DNA from: Octopus vulgaris
Lineage: Eukaryota
DNA: 64,000 bases
Reading direction: 5' to 3'
Assembly: GCA_951406725.2 (NCBI GenBank)
Contig: OX597814.1
Span: 127,038,001 to 127,102,000, forward strand
Shown in pieces: positions 1-13,519 of this stretch; the stretch's first letter is position 1, and each line of letters opens with the position of its first letter. A program made the translations under genes and the position numbers. The notes below the pieces were generated by a model. The model saw only the letters and a list, made by a program, of their open reading frames with translations, had not been told where the DNA came from and did not search any database.

Positions 1-780
1 TCCGTACATGGTAGCAAAACCTAGAATCAAGAGGCCTCAAAGTAAATTTTAGCAAAGACAAAAGTCTTAGTAAGTTGGAAGGAAGACAAGGCCCTGGTAC
101 TGTTAGAGAAATGGCTGTGCTTGATAAGCAGAAAAGAAGTAGAAATTCCATTCAATGTACCCAGTGACACTCAGAAGGTGTAGTGGTATCAGAGAGAGGC
201 AAATGAGGAAGGCAGACTTCATAATGCAATGGATACTCAGAAACAGTGACCATTAAGGACACATAAGATAAAGTCTTTAAAATGCTTTGATGGTACAAGA
301 AGTGTCTGGTACTTAGATGACCTTAGTGGAGGTGAATGCATCAAACGTATAGTAACCCGTATAAGATAGGATTGGAAGATCAGGGAACCATTACTCTTAG
401 AGTGAAGGGAAGAGTCTGTGTGTGAAGTGCAATGCTGTATGATAATGAGACATGGCCATTGAATGCAAAGGATTTGTGAAATGAGGTCAGCATACTTTAC
501 TGGATATGTAGTGTTAGGGTGCATAAACAATGGATAGATAGACTAAGAGGCAAGCTGTGTACAAGAATAATTAAATGCAGTAAACAAAAGAGAGGACTGT
601 ACTGGTATGGGCATGTGATGTGTATGAAGAACAACAGCTGTATAAAGAAGTGCAGCCACTGAAAGTGAATGCCATCTGAGAAAATGATGAAAACTGATCT
701 TAGAATGATTAACCTTACAGAGGAGATGACAGTGGCTGCAGTGATTGGTGACATGCAGTGCTGGAGAAAACCTGCCTAGC
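1..780 (+). mobile_element. Decayed RTE LINE fragment (RT thumb, Cys-rich insert, C-terminus)
   Basis: Recognisable homology to younger RTE copies in the window (LESRGLKVN..KTKVL; 'ggactgtactggtatgggcatgtgatg' = LxWYGHV); many stops and frameshifts. Confidence 0.7.
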
Positions 781-1499
781 TATGCTTGCATAGTGAAATG
801 TCAGTTGCCAATACACCCACTTAAAATGGAAATGACATTAGGTAACATGCACCAGCATAAGACAAGATCTTTGAAAAGAACAACAAAAGTCTTAGGGGTG
901 CATCAGTTGATCTGGATTCAAAAGACACAAGACTATCTATCTCAGCACACAAATCTACCTTAAGAAACATCCAAAAATGGCTACCACACACACTGCCTTG
1001 CATGCAGCTCAAGTTCTATTCATAAGTATTTGATCTTTTACTATGGAGCAATGGGAATAAAATTATCTATCTCAGACACACGCACATATTACGGAGATGT
1101 ACTTGCATAGCAAGTGACCTGATCTGAAATTGTGTGCTGAAACAAAAATAGCTGCAGCATGGAAGGTGTTTATAAGCCATTTAAAAACACACAAAAACCA
1201 TTAGATTCATTGCAACATTTAAATCTAATATGCCAAACATGTTTGAATGAGGATGTTTGACAGTGTTCAAAGAAATATTATCTCTACTCAAAAGTTCTCA
1301 ACAGGTTTGCAAACTGGTCTCACTGTTTGAAGAAAGCGGTTCACTCACTGCAGACCCTCAGAGTGCAAGTTACCCAATAAATAATTCAATAGTAGGTTCA
1401 CTCACTACTGGTAAAAAGATGTACCAGAGTTTTTCAGCACTATGGCCCTACTAGAAGTTGTAATTATCAATTGAATAAATTTAGAAGAAACTGCTATGA

Positions 1500-2660
1500 T
1501 AGTTGTCTTGTGTAGACTCAGGAGCTAACCCTGACAACTTCCAAGTGATTTTCCTAAAGGCATTTAAAGAAACCCCAGACAAACTATTTTAGTTGCTTTC
1601 CTAAAGTTTAGAGGGAAGCGCCAAAATCTAACAGAATCTGAAGGTGGGCATATATGTTCAATAAGAAGCAGAGCTTGATACAAAAAATTATTGATTTGTA
1701 CCTCTGACTTCACATATTAGTAAGATCATAAAATATATTGTCAAGGAAAACTTGATTATGTTCTTAAAGGAAAATAGTTTGTTGAATGATACTCATCATG
1801 GTTTCTACACAGGCAGAAGCTGCTCAACCAACCAAATGTAGAAGCAGTGCAGCTGGACTTAGCAAAGGCTTTTAACAAAACTGATCATGTGGACAATACA
1901 CCACAAATTTTGTGATTTAGCCAATGGTGTTCTCTTTGCATTGTCAATAGTTAGGATATTACAAAATATGGTTCTAAGGCTGATAATGTCTTTAATAGCC
2001 CTAGAAGACTTACCCTCAGTTGTCAACATAGCCAGTCTCACTAGCTTTGCTGATGATACAAAGATATTAAGATCTTATAGTGGGACCTTGATGCTGTATA
2101 CAGATGGGTTATAAAAAAAATGAAACTTGATGTAGGCAATTTCTAAGCACTTCATTATCAGACTTCCATTACAGAATACAGATATACAGGCTGGAAGGAA
2201 CTAAAAAACTAGACATTGTATGGGACCTGCATACTGTAATGATTAATAAAGCATCACTCTGAGTGCATGTTATGAAAATAGGAAAAAACATGCAGATGGA
2301 TTCTGAAAACATTCACATCAAAAACACAAAAGATTATTCTTGTTCTCTAGATGACATTCGCCCTTAGTCACCTTGATGACTACTCCCAACTAAAGTTGCC
2401 ATATACTGCCAAGCTCAGAAGTGAACAAGACAAAAATATTGATTCCTTACACCAAATGAATTAGGAGTGGTTCAAAGCTTTAAAGATGTATCCTTCAAAT
2501 GAAAAAAAGAAAGATATGAAATAATCTATGCCAACAAAACAAGAGATATGCATGAAGTGGATATAAGCACTTTCAAAAATGAGTTCAACATGCTGCTGTG
2601 ATTAACCATTGCATCACAACAGCAGACAGCTGCATCAAATTCTTGCACTCATTGAATACT
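1500..2660 (+). mobile_element. Decayed CR1/L2-like LINE RT fragment
   Basis: Remnant motifs HHGFYTGRSC (~1795-1825), LDLAKAF (~1853-1873) and FADDTK (ORF 1887..2114); similar to the minus-strand copy at 30200-32050. Confidence 0.6.
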
Positions 2661-2774
2661 TAGCACAAGGCTTCAGTGACCATCATGAAGGTGTCCCAGC
2701 AGGAGCATAACTATATACCCAAGCATCTCCAGTGTTAGTTACACAAGAAACAAGATAGTGAATATTCTGTTGTT

Positions 2775-4440
2775 AAAGAGGACTTCGATAGAGTTCCTTG
2801 CTTGCTGCCCTAGTGGGCACTGAGGAAGAAAGAGATGATGAATGGCTTGTGAGAGCCATACAAGTCATGTGCAGGGATGCTGTAGGCAAAGTGAGGGTTA
2901 ACAATGAGTATAGAGATGAATTTAGTCCCCATGTCATAACAGAAAAATTTAAGATGGCTGCTCATGAGAATCACAATATATAATGATCTCAACATTGTTT
3001 TGTTTGGATTGAGTGCTTTCATCTATGGATTTCATTTTTTTTTTTTACAGTCACCCCAATAACCAGATTTGATATTAATAGCAAAGAGCCCAATCCATAT
3101 TTTTTCCTTCAGCCATATCTGATGATTGTTGAACTTGCCTCTCTGTATTTGAAACGAAAACATTTAATACACCTGGACTCAATGCTCTGTCATCTATTTA
3201 TTAGTCATGCAGGTCATAACAAATAAGTTTAAGACCTTGTTTTTGTAACTGAATCATCAGTAGGTTTAGAGTAGAAATTTTGGGCAAGGAAGGAAAATCT
3301 GGAATTGAAGGGCTTCAAAGTTAACTTAGTAAAGACTAAAGTATTAGTAAGAAGAAAAATAGAGGGAAATGGCCTTGCTTGTTAAGTAGAAAAAGATAAG
3401 ATAAAAATGTACCTAATGTAAACTATGGACACACAAGAGGTGCAGTGGAATCAGGGTCTGGTGAACAGAGAAAGCAGATTTTGTATGTGGTAGATGCACA
3501 AGAATAATGAACATTAAGAGTGTAATGAAAGTATAAGCTTTCAAATGTCCAGCACAATCACTGGGGAAAGCAGGTAGCTTGATATTTTGGTAACCAAATT
3601 AATAATAGTGGAAGATATAATAGGTAGAATAAGAACAGACTGGACTAAGTTCAGGGAGCTACTAATCATACTCCTTTCTCTCTACTTCCAAATCATGATG
3701 CTTGAGTGTGTAGGGGTTGGAGGAGAAATTACATATCTGTTGATATCCAATGACCCTAACCACTGCTCACTACCTTCACAATCGATTTCCTCCCTTAAGC
3801 CACCCTCCCACTGACATCTGTTTGTCAATCTTTTTATTGCTATTCTTACAATCCATCACCTGTGCTCCCCCTTACGAGCTAACATTACTATCCTCCCCAC
3901 TTTCTAAAATGATGAATTGGGTGACCAAGTCAGCAACAGAGGTGGATGTTCTGAGAGCATAGCTGTAGGAATAAGAATAGGCTGGATAAAGTTCAGGGAG
4001 CTTCTACCTTTGCTGGTAACAAAGGGCCTCTGCTTCAAAGTGAAAGGCAGATTGTATAATATCTATGTGTAAACAGTCATGCTACACGGTAGTGAAAATA
4101 TGGGCTGTGGCTGCAGAGGACATGTGGAGGTTTGAAAGAAATGAAGCTAGTATGCTTCACTGGATGTAAAATGTCAGTGTGCATGTATGACAGAGTGTAA
4201 GCATCTTGACAGAAAAATTGGACATACGAGGCGTCAGATGTTGTGTGCAAGAGAGAAGACTGCACTGTTATCGTCATGTGATGCGTATGAACAAGGACAG
4301 CTGTGTAAAGAAGTGCTGATCTCTAACTATGGAGGGAACCTGTGGAAGAGGTAGACTCAGGAAGATATGGGACTAGGTGGTGAAGCATGATCTTTGAATG
4401 TTGGGCCTCATGCAGGTGATGACAAGTACTCAAAACTATT
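2775..4440 (+). mobile_element. Decayed RTE LINE fragments
   Basis: DEWLVRAIQVMCRDAVGKVRVNNEY (ORF 2798..2983); RIGWIKFRELLPLL and TCGRGR motifs at 3970-4360. Confidence 0.75.
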
Positions 4441-4709
4441 GGTAACTTTCCATTTAAAAATCTCTTTTCAAGATACTTTTGGTTTGTATATTTCTATCTA
4501 GAATGGAGATTTTCTAAAGGACTAGTTTCCTAGTTACAAAATCAGTGTTTGTATGGCACTGTATTTTCCATATATTGCAAGTGAGGTTAAACTTCATCAT
4601 TTACACTTCACTATACACCCAGAACCAACACAATGCATATATCAATACCACCACTACTGCACCCCTTCCAAACCTTAGACATCCCAACAGATCACAACAT
4701 ATGCACCAG

Positions 4710-4711
<2 letters not shown>

Positions 4712-4744
<33 letters not shown>
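4712..4744. repeat. (TA)n microsatellite
   Basis: Directly visible. Confidence 0.95.
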
Positions 4745-4746
<2 letters not shown>

Positions 4747-6639
4747 TATATGTATGTATAAATACACATATATATATGACTGCTCCATAAGTGCTGGGTG
4801 CTATAATTTAGTGGAATATGTGGAAGAGTGAGACTAAGGAAGAATTAGAATGATGTGGTGAAAACCAGCAACATGCAGTGCTGTAGAAGACTCAAGCCTA
4901 TATCTGCTACTTTAACCCTGTTTCATGTATTTGTTGCTCATCTTCACTCCCCTTCACCTCTATGACTCAAACCCTTCCATCTCTCATCTCTGTAACCTGT
5001 GTTGGTTGTACCATCCTCCTCATCGCTCTGCTTCTCTCACTCTTTACTAAGCCCATATATGAGACTGCCAAACCATTCTCATTCCTCTATCACATTCTCC
5101 TATGTTTCGGCCTATGTATACAAAATTGTATTTAACCCAGTATACTTGAATGGCAATTACTGTCAACCATCACTCCTCACCTCTGGGCCATTTCTACTGT
5201 AACCCATCACTCACTCTTGCTTTTGTCTACCTCTGCTATTGCTCATCACTCCCCTCCACTTTAACTTTGCCTCTCCCATCATATGCTTACTCTTTGCATT
5301 CTGACCTTTCTGCTGTCATTGCACCGTCTTTAGTCTTGTCTTCCCAAAGACCAATCAACCACTTTAGTTGATGGTAACACAAGAAAATACACCTCGTACA
5401 TTCTGTACAGTGGTTGGCAATAGAAAGGGTATCCAGATGTTGAAACCAAGTCTTTCTTTCTATACTTTAATCACATCAGCACTGCATTTTTTATGCATTT
5501 TATCTAAAAACCTAATTAATATTAAATTTATTCTTTATTTATCTATGGCCATGAGGCTACAATATGCGATAAAGACACTGATCCTTTGATGCACAGTTTA
5601 TCTGCTATGATGAGACATATCAGCGTGGACATATAGTATCAAACATGATACGGTGACTTGAAAAGTGTTAAAGCATTTCAAGTAGCATGTTAACTTGCAA
5701 TCATGAGTGAAAATTGTCATTTACCATCTAGATGAAATCCTCCAGCATGTACATACTGTAAGAGACCAAGAATCTCCTCTAAGGAGATTTAGCAAATAAA
5801 ACAAGATGAAAATGAGCTAGCCAATTTCTATTATGTATCCAGTGGTACAATCAAGGTTTCTCTTAAATTTATATTTTTAATGGCTTTGATCTCATCAGAC
5901 AGACTATTGTAAACTGAGAATAATGCATGATCTAGCATGTTTTTAGATCTATTAAGATTAATTCGGTCAACAAACAAATTAGTTTGATTTTGATTTTCCC
6001 TGCGATTGACTTCAAAGTTCATTTTTTTCCCAAGTCAATAGCTTCCCACCCCAAAGACCTGGTCCATGATGATATAAATGTGTATATACATGCAAACATG
6101 TGTTGTATTTGTACAATGCATTTTATTTAGTTTCTTTATTATAGCTCATGTTTCACTTGCATTTATTATGTAACATTTGCTTTAAATGTGCAACACTGCC
6201 TTGTAAAAACACTGTCACCCCCCACCCAATGGAAGTTGATCAATATGTACATTACAGTCCTGTTCCTTTTTATCTTAAGGACTATAGATTTTCAAGTTCT
6301 AATCACAGGCTTCTTAAAAAGTGTTATATCAACTGATCATTCCCTAATTTTCTCAGTATCATTGTTCGCTTGCTTTTTCTCTTTCACCTTATAACTGTTA
6401 CTTCACAAATTTCATTGTTGTAACTTCATTGGGCTTTCTTAAAGAATAACAATAACTGAATGTAGGAACAAAAAACAACAAAGAGAAAATATTTTCTTTA
6501 TTTCATAAAAGCATTGTTAGCCTAGCTCAGTTACATTTTTTACTTGTGCTCCTATTTTTCAGCAAGTTGACTATAATTGTGATAGCTGGGAAATTTATCT
6601 TGAATATCCTAAGGTATATTTTAAGGAATATAACATATT

Positions 6640-9600
6640 TACAGTTTGCATATGAAACAGATCACTTGAGGAAACAGTCAATCCTGAAGAATGATAAAAG
6701 TTTTGGACAAGATAATTATTGAAAATTGACCAAACATTTCAAAAACACCTGCACATTCTCCTAATAAATTTCACCAATGTGTAATGAAGACAGATCAATT
6801 ATACAGTGATTGATGACTGGGTAATAGAATTGAGATCATTGGCATTAGATTTGAATTCTCACATTTACACCATACAAAGAAATACACTGTTCCTGTCTAT
6901 GTTATGAGAATCCATTACTCAGTGATGTATTAAAAAATTGTCAAATCTTTTATTCATGCTAAAATAATCTTAGCAACTACTCAGTGGTACAAAACCAGTG
7001 AATAAAAAAACAATATTTCTGTCATTATAGAAAAGAATCCAAAACTACATGTGATCATAATTCAACTGAAAATCTAAAATCAAATGATTGATGAAAAAGC
7101 TGATTGGAAAGCTTGCCCATAATGATTAAAAATATAATTCATGCAGAAAAATGTGGTCATCTAGTGAATGTTTGCATGACCTCATTTCAAAACTATAACT
7201 TCAAAGACAAATCAATTATAAAAATTACAGTTGCCGTGCTAATAGTTATATTAGTAGTAGTATATATATATATATATGGATCAAATGAAAATGAATTTAA
7301 CTCTGTATCTATTAAAAATTTATGTCAAATAGTCAGGAATAAAATGCTACATTTCAGCACAAATCAATTTATAAATTGACTATAGTACCTGAGCTGTCAC
7401 ACAAGAGATAAGTGTGTGTAATGATGCATATATTATTATCATTAGCATTTGGCTTGTATGTATGAATATTTGATTTTTTTTTTCAATTGGAGGCATTATT
7501 GAAATAAAAATGCCACAATAACAGGGAAATTAATTAAATTAAATTTATCACTCTCCAAACATACATGTTTAATTACTTTTGGTATGTACAATATGTTGTA
7601 GTCAATGATTCACACATTATTCTACACTATGTTAATTTCTACAAAAATGTTCTACCTAATTAATATCACTCCATGCAAAAGCTACAAATGTACATAATAA
7701 GCATTACTATTTACATTCACTGCAAAAATTCCTGAAAAACAATATTTCTTGTATAGATATTAGAGTTAGGAAAGGCACCCAGCTGTAGAAAGTTTGCCAG
7801 ATCAGATTGTCTCTGGTGCAGCCTACTGGCTCACCAGTCCTCAGTCAAACCGTCCAACCCATGCCAGCATGAAAAGTGGATGTTAAACGATGATGATGAT
7901 AATGATAATGATGATATGAGGAGGCAACAACACACCTTGGCATTCTAAAATTTCAATCAGTAATTTCAAGTTATTTCTGCTTTTATGTTCTGCTTAATCA
8001 CAACATGCAACATCCATATTGTGAGGAATTATCTAAGTTAAGTGGTGGAGCATGAGACAGCAAGTCAATGGATTGGTCAGTTATTTGGTGGAATTTGTCA
8101 TTTTCATGTATTTTCTTATCACTGTTTGACATAAAAAAAAAAAGTCTGTCAAACTCAGGCTAGAATAATGAAGAAATCTTTTATAAATGTAGCAATGTAG
8201 AGCACATCATCATAATTTATGAACATTAAAATATTAGTTAAGCATTATGAGAGAACAGTAGAAGCACCTTTTAAATCCAAAGAATTAAGTAGAGATGCTG
8301 TTATAGCAAGAAAGTGGAGAAGCTGTTAAGTAATTTAGAAAACTTCAAACCGTTTCTCACGTTAAGAATTATGAGACAAAGAAGACAGCAGAATGATTTC
8401 AACTGGTGTCAAATGATTTGGAAAAATCTTATTAAGTGGAACAAATTAAACAGCTTCAGTTGCTTAAGAGTTATAAGAGTTATATATACAAAGACACATA
8501 GCGTACTACATATGTATTGAGTAAATTTGATTTAGATACCAGTTCCACTAGAACTTTAATTTAAATAAATACAGAATTATCAGGTATCTACCATTTAAAA
8601 CTGTACTGCTAAATTTAAATGCTTATAGTAATACAAATATTCCAGCCATAGGAAAATACCCATTAAATATTTAAATTAGAACTAAACAATCACAAAACTT
8701 AAAAGCTACTGTAAATGATTCTGAAAGGGATTTCAATCTAGTCAGGATTAAAAATATTCAAATATCTATGCACGATGATGTGGACAATGCAAATGCTTCA
8801 AATATAAAAAGCAAAACCGACAATCTATGTACAAAGTATTCCAAAATATTTTTTCATCTGGTTGAAGGCACTGTGTGAAAATACAAACCATAATTTGACT
8901 GTGTCCAGACAAAAAGCCAATATATTTTTAAAGGCCAAATTGGTGAAAGAAGATTTAGAACATCAAGTATCAAATGGTACATTAGAACAGATTAAAGCTA
9001 CTGAGCTACTCCAATTTGGATATGTTATATGGATATTGAGCAGTAAAGTTTTGAATCTATGGTGATTTTAAAATCATTGCAAACATGTTGAATAAGACTG
9101 CCACTCAAAATCCAGAGGCATGATGAATTATTCCACAAATTGAAAGGTGAGAAAAACTTCAGCATAGCTGATTTAAAAGACACATATTTACAGATCAAAT
9201 TAGTAAAATAATCACAAAAATGACTTGTGATGATCGATGAAAAACATGAATAATTTGGAGTTAATGATTAAATTACAAGATTAAGGCTTGATATTCCATA
9301 CACAAAAATGTGGATTTTTTTTTCTCCAAAGAAGTGAAATATCTTAGTTATACCATTAATTTAACTGGGAAAAGACTATTTAAGAAGGGTATTGATGCTA
9401 TCAGAAAATTATCAATTCCAAAAAATGTAAATGAGGTATTACTATTTGTTTTACTCATAAAAAAACATGGCAAATCTTACAGTACCCTTGTATAATTTAA
9501 CCAAAAAAAAAAAAAAGAAAAAAAAAGACCAGATGATTATCAATGGAGCTTTAATGAGCTGAAATGATAGTAAATCAGTAAATGAGGCCACCAAGCTTAC

Positions 9601-10080
9601 ACATAATGAAAATTGGTCACTAATTTTGGCAGATGTGTCTCTAGTAAGTAATGGCGCAGTCCAGTTACATGAAAATGGAGTTGAACATCCAAGTACATAC
9701 ATCAAAACATTGAATGCAAATTAATGGCAAAATTTGCAAATAGATAGAGAGGGATTAGCTCTTGTATTTGGTCTTCTTAAATTCACTCAATTTCTACCAA
9801 GATGAATCACTGACCACAAGCTATTGATCACTTATTCTCCCTGGTATTTATGTTTCAATGATTGCAGCGTTGGGCTATGTTTTTGACACTGTAATTATAC
9901 AATACAATATAAGGCTTTGGAGTAACACAAGAATGCTAATACCTTAAGCAAATACTATCTGGATTTGAAATACACCTAAATTCACAAAAGTCTTGATAGA
10001 ATAATGATTACTGCTTAAAAAAAAAAAATCTGCTATGAGGTTTGAAATCATTATTATCTGAATTAATCCATAGATAAGGG
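6640..10080 (+). mobile_element. Highly decayed Ty3/Gypsy LTR retrotransposon internal region (gag-protease-RT-RNase H)
   Basis: Remnants in Gypsy order: gag DWVIELRSLA (~6815), Zn knuckle CGHLVNVC (~7152), protease FDLDTSS (~8526), RT GDFK and FSIADLKDTYLQI (~9061-9200), RNase H QIDREGLALVFG, TDHK and LQRWA (~9737-9880). LTRs not identified. Confidence 0.65.
7765..7915 (+). mobile_element. 5'-truncated RTE 3' tail (SINE-like) ending in (GAT)n
   Basis: 'ttaggaaaggcacccagctgtagaaa...ccgtccaacccatgccagcatg...gttaaacgatgatgat' matches the 3' end of the near-full-length RTE. Confidence 0.85.
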
Positions 10081-10110
10081 TCACTGGTAAAACTAAATAT
10101 TAAAGACAAA

Positions 10111-10398
10111 CTGTTACTGCTTCGTGAAGAAATCTAGGCGAGCAGGGTCACAATCACCACTGTGATAACAAGGATGAACAATGATTTGAATTTTTGGAGT
10201 CATTTATTTTCTATTTGTACATTACACTGTGCAGGTGTACCACATGTATATATAAATGTATGGCAAGTGTACACCTGCATGATGTAATGTACGAGTAGAA
10301 AATAAATGGCTCCAGAAATTGAAACCATTGTTTGTCCTTTTTATCACAGTGGTGATTGTGACCCTGCTTGCCTAGATTTCTTCACAAAGCAGCAACAG
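10111..10398. repeat. Long inverted repeat (arms ~130 bp, spacer ~28 bp)
   Basis: 10111-10240 is the reverse complement of 10269-10398 with about 15 mismatches by manual alignment. Confidence 0.9.
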
Positions 10399-11143
10399 AA
10401 GATAAAACTTTGCCGGCTCATCATTCTAGAAGCAGCAGAAAATTGGTCACACTGGTACAAAGCCACATTCATAGTAACATGAAATAACCAAAGAAGAACA
10501 TTCAGAGATGACAACGGGTTTTCTGAGATAGAGATGGACACAAAAGACCCCCACCCATTTGTCTGAAAACAAAACAACCTCGATCTCAGATACAAACAAG
10601 AAGTGACTCACTTCCAACAAGTTGTGAAAACTAATACTAAATAGTAATATGATAAGACTTATCATTGGAGATAACACAAACAACTAAGAGAATAGTGGAA
10701 AAAAACAATGGAATATGCTTTCTTGGTCGGCCTGACTTGGACTAGATAGATTGGAGGAACACACCAGTGATAGAGACATGAGGAAGAAGAAGGCTCAATA
10801 AGGAAATTGGAGAAACGAACATACTATGCTTCTAGAACCGCAGTTTTGCCAAGATGGGGTGGGTTTTCTCAAGCCAATTACCTTGATTGTTTGTCATCAT
10901 CTCAGTGAGATTCAAAGTTCTGTAATCAGCCTTCGCTACTTCATTCCCAATACACACATAAAGGGAGAGAGAGCTATAATGACCAAACAAAGTCTATTTT
11001 CATTGGGGTTTTGTCCGCTGCCAGAGAGGTGAAAATGAAAGCTGTGTTATCACCAAAAATCACTGACTGATGCGCTGCCTATTAAATAGCCACACTTCAA
11101 TAAAAGCAGTAGTAATCGGGAACAGATGTGAAATTATTAACTA

Positions 11144-11708
11144 TATTCGTTGTTACTACGTTTATTCATACATTGATAACTTGATTCGTCTTACCCATCG
11201 AAAATTTACGAAAATTTAACCTTTTAGGCTACTTTCAAGCCTTCGCCATAACTTGATTTATCTTTCCTATCTCTCTCTCTACAAAATTTAACCTTAGGCT
11301 ACCTCAAGCCGTAATCCCATCTTTTCCCTTCTTTCCGCCATTGGCGGTCTTTCCTCCTCTTCTTCTTCTTATGCTAAAACTTGAAAATCGCCATTACCAT
11401 TACGATTCTGCAATTTAAATTCCCAATTCAACTTACTTCTTCTTCAATTTCAACTCCCGGTCGATGCCCGCAGCAAGTTCTTAAAAATTTATCTTACTAT
11501 TTTTATTCGTTGTTACTACGTTTATTCATACATTGATAACTTGATTCGTCTTACCCATCGAAAATTTACGAAAATTTAACCTTTTAGGCTACTTTCAAGC
11601 CTTCGCCATAACTTGATTTATCTTTCCTATCTCTCTCTCTACAAAATTTAACCTTAGGCTACCTCAAGCCGTAATCCCATCTTTTCCCTTCTTTCCGCCA
11701 TTGGCGGT
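11144..11708 (+). repeat. Perfect ~205-bp direct repeat, period 360
   Basis: 11144-11348 equals 11504-11708 ('tattcgttgttactacg...ccgccattggcggt'). Confidence 0.95.
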
Positions 11709-11726
11709 GCGCCCGCCCCCCACCCC

Positions 11727-11907
11727 CACCACCAATACCGATGAACACTGTTCTCACCCCCACCACCAATACCGGTGAACACTGTTCTCACCGCCACCAC
11801 CAATACCGGTGAACACTGTTCTCACCCCCACCACCAATACCAGTATACCCTGTTCTCACCATCTACACCGGATACGCCCTACTCATCTACACCGGGTACG
11901 CCCTACT
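11727..11907 (+). repeat. 34-bp minisatellite (about 4 units) followed by a 24-bp duplication
   Basis: 'caccaccaataccggtgaacactgttctcacccc' starts at 11727, 11761, 11795 and 11829; 'catctacaccgg(a/g)tacgccctact' occurs twice. Confidence 0.9.
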
Positions 11908-12199
11908 CCCTCCTCCTCCCCCCACTATCCCTTCTCCTCATATGCTTTCACTGTGAAAAGACAAGCTGCTACCGCCATAGCTCATCAACTGCCCACCGAT
12001 CTTACGCTTCCTCCTGACACTGCCTCAATCCGACCATCCCCTTTTAGTACCCTCCCGCCTCGTAATATCCTACGTTTTTATTTCTTAGGAACCTACACCA
12101 ACCCTTCCTGCCATCGTTCCTCCTTACCCTAACCCTAACCCTTAAGTACCCCGGATCCCCAAAGTACCCCGGACCTCGTTGCCCCCGTGCCGCTGACAC

Positions 12200-12420
12200 G
12201 TTAAAATGCTCGAACCGATCGTGACGATGCCGGACCCTCCGGCCCCTGTGCAGGTGGCACGTAAAAAGCACCCAATCCACTCACGGAGTGGTTGGCGTTA
12301 GGAAGGGCATCCAGCCGTAGAAACTCTGCCAGATTCAGACTGGAGCCTCGAGCGGCCCCTGGCTTCCCAGACCCGGTCAAACCGTCCAACCCGTGCTAGC
12401 GCGGAAAGCGGACGTTAAAC

Positions 12421-12453
<33 letters not shown>
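12200..12453 (+). mobile_element. Young RTE 3' tail with (GAT)11
   Basis: CpG-rich copy of the RTE 3' UTR terminal module, then (gat)n at 12421-12453. Confidence 0.9.
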
Positions 12454-12454
<1 letters not shown>

Positions 12455-13519
12455 TAACATCCTAATAGTGAAGGAATATCTGAGACACTGAAATTCATAT
12501 GAGCATTGATGAAGATAAGTTTTGCAAGAGCATATTATGTGGATGAATAATTATATTTTCTTAAAAAAATAACTGAACACTAATATTCCTTTTTCAGTAC
12601 ACACACAAACATTGCTAGTCACACCAACCAATATAACAGATCACTACCTTCCACTCCCAGCACTAGCTTATGATTTCACCACAACTGCTATCCATAACTA
12701 TCATCATGCATATATCTCATCTCCATAGCTAGCATGCTTGCAGCTTTGATTTTGCCCTTATCTCTTTAGCAAGGCTGTCAAAGTCAGAAGCAATTATTGG
12801 TTTGCTAGTCCAATGTAAGACAGTAAGAAAGACACTTAAGATGACTTTTGAATTCCTTTAGAAATATAGGATTTTAAAATTTCTATCTCAAGGGTTTTAT
12901 TTTCCATATTATCTCTTTCCATCTAAGTGTTATGCTTAAATGTTTGCTAGTTGTTCAAGAAATACTGTAGTTTTACTTTCAAGATCAATTTCAAACTAAT
13001 TTAGCAATAATTTCATGAAGGTACAGTATAAATTTTAATTAGGTATCATACATCACTATAAAGTTTACAGAATAATTGAAAGAGCTAGCTAGATGTTTAT
13101 ATGCAATGCATCTTTCCAGCCTCCTATTCCATCTCACCCACTTACACAATTTCTTTTAATGATCTACTTGATTTCCTCCCCATCAACAAGCTGTCATACA
13201 TATATGTAGGGGTGTATTATGTGTACATAAACATGCACAGTGGTTTTTTAAAGATATCTTAGTGCCTAAATGAACTAGTGGTACAATGAAAGGTAGGTCT
13301 GGAGAGATTGGAGAAATACTAGAGTGGCAGTGCAGAACATGTACAGTGTGCAAAAAGATGGAGGGAAACCTAAGCCAAATTCCTCATGGGCAAGGAACAA
13401 AGGTATAAATTCTTTTGGGTAGGTAGTAGTGAGGATGTGGGTTGGGAAGGCATACTATTGGCAGAGAGATGTATGATAGGAAAATGAAATTCAACTAGTC
13501 TTGGTTAATGTGACTGTGA

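Noticed and set aside
790-1030. R4/Dong-like LINE C-terminus
   Set aside because: Too degenerate to support by eye.
11727-11860. CRISPR-like array
   Set aside because: Tandem units without unique spacers, in eukaryotic DNA. The same applies to 53731-53900.
12127-12142. Telomeric (CCCTAA)n
   Set aside because: Only about 2.7 units inside a C-rich tract.
12233-12325. RTE terminal module as a twister or pistol ribozyme
   Set aside because: There is superficial similarity (AAGC..GAGUGG; GCACG-UAAA), but I could not place the twister P1-UAA-P2 or the pistol P2/P3 and cleavage site.
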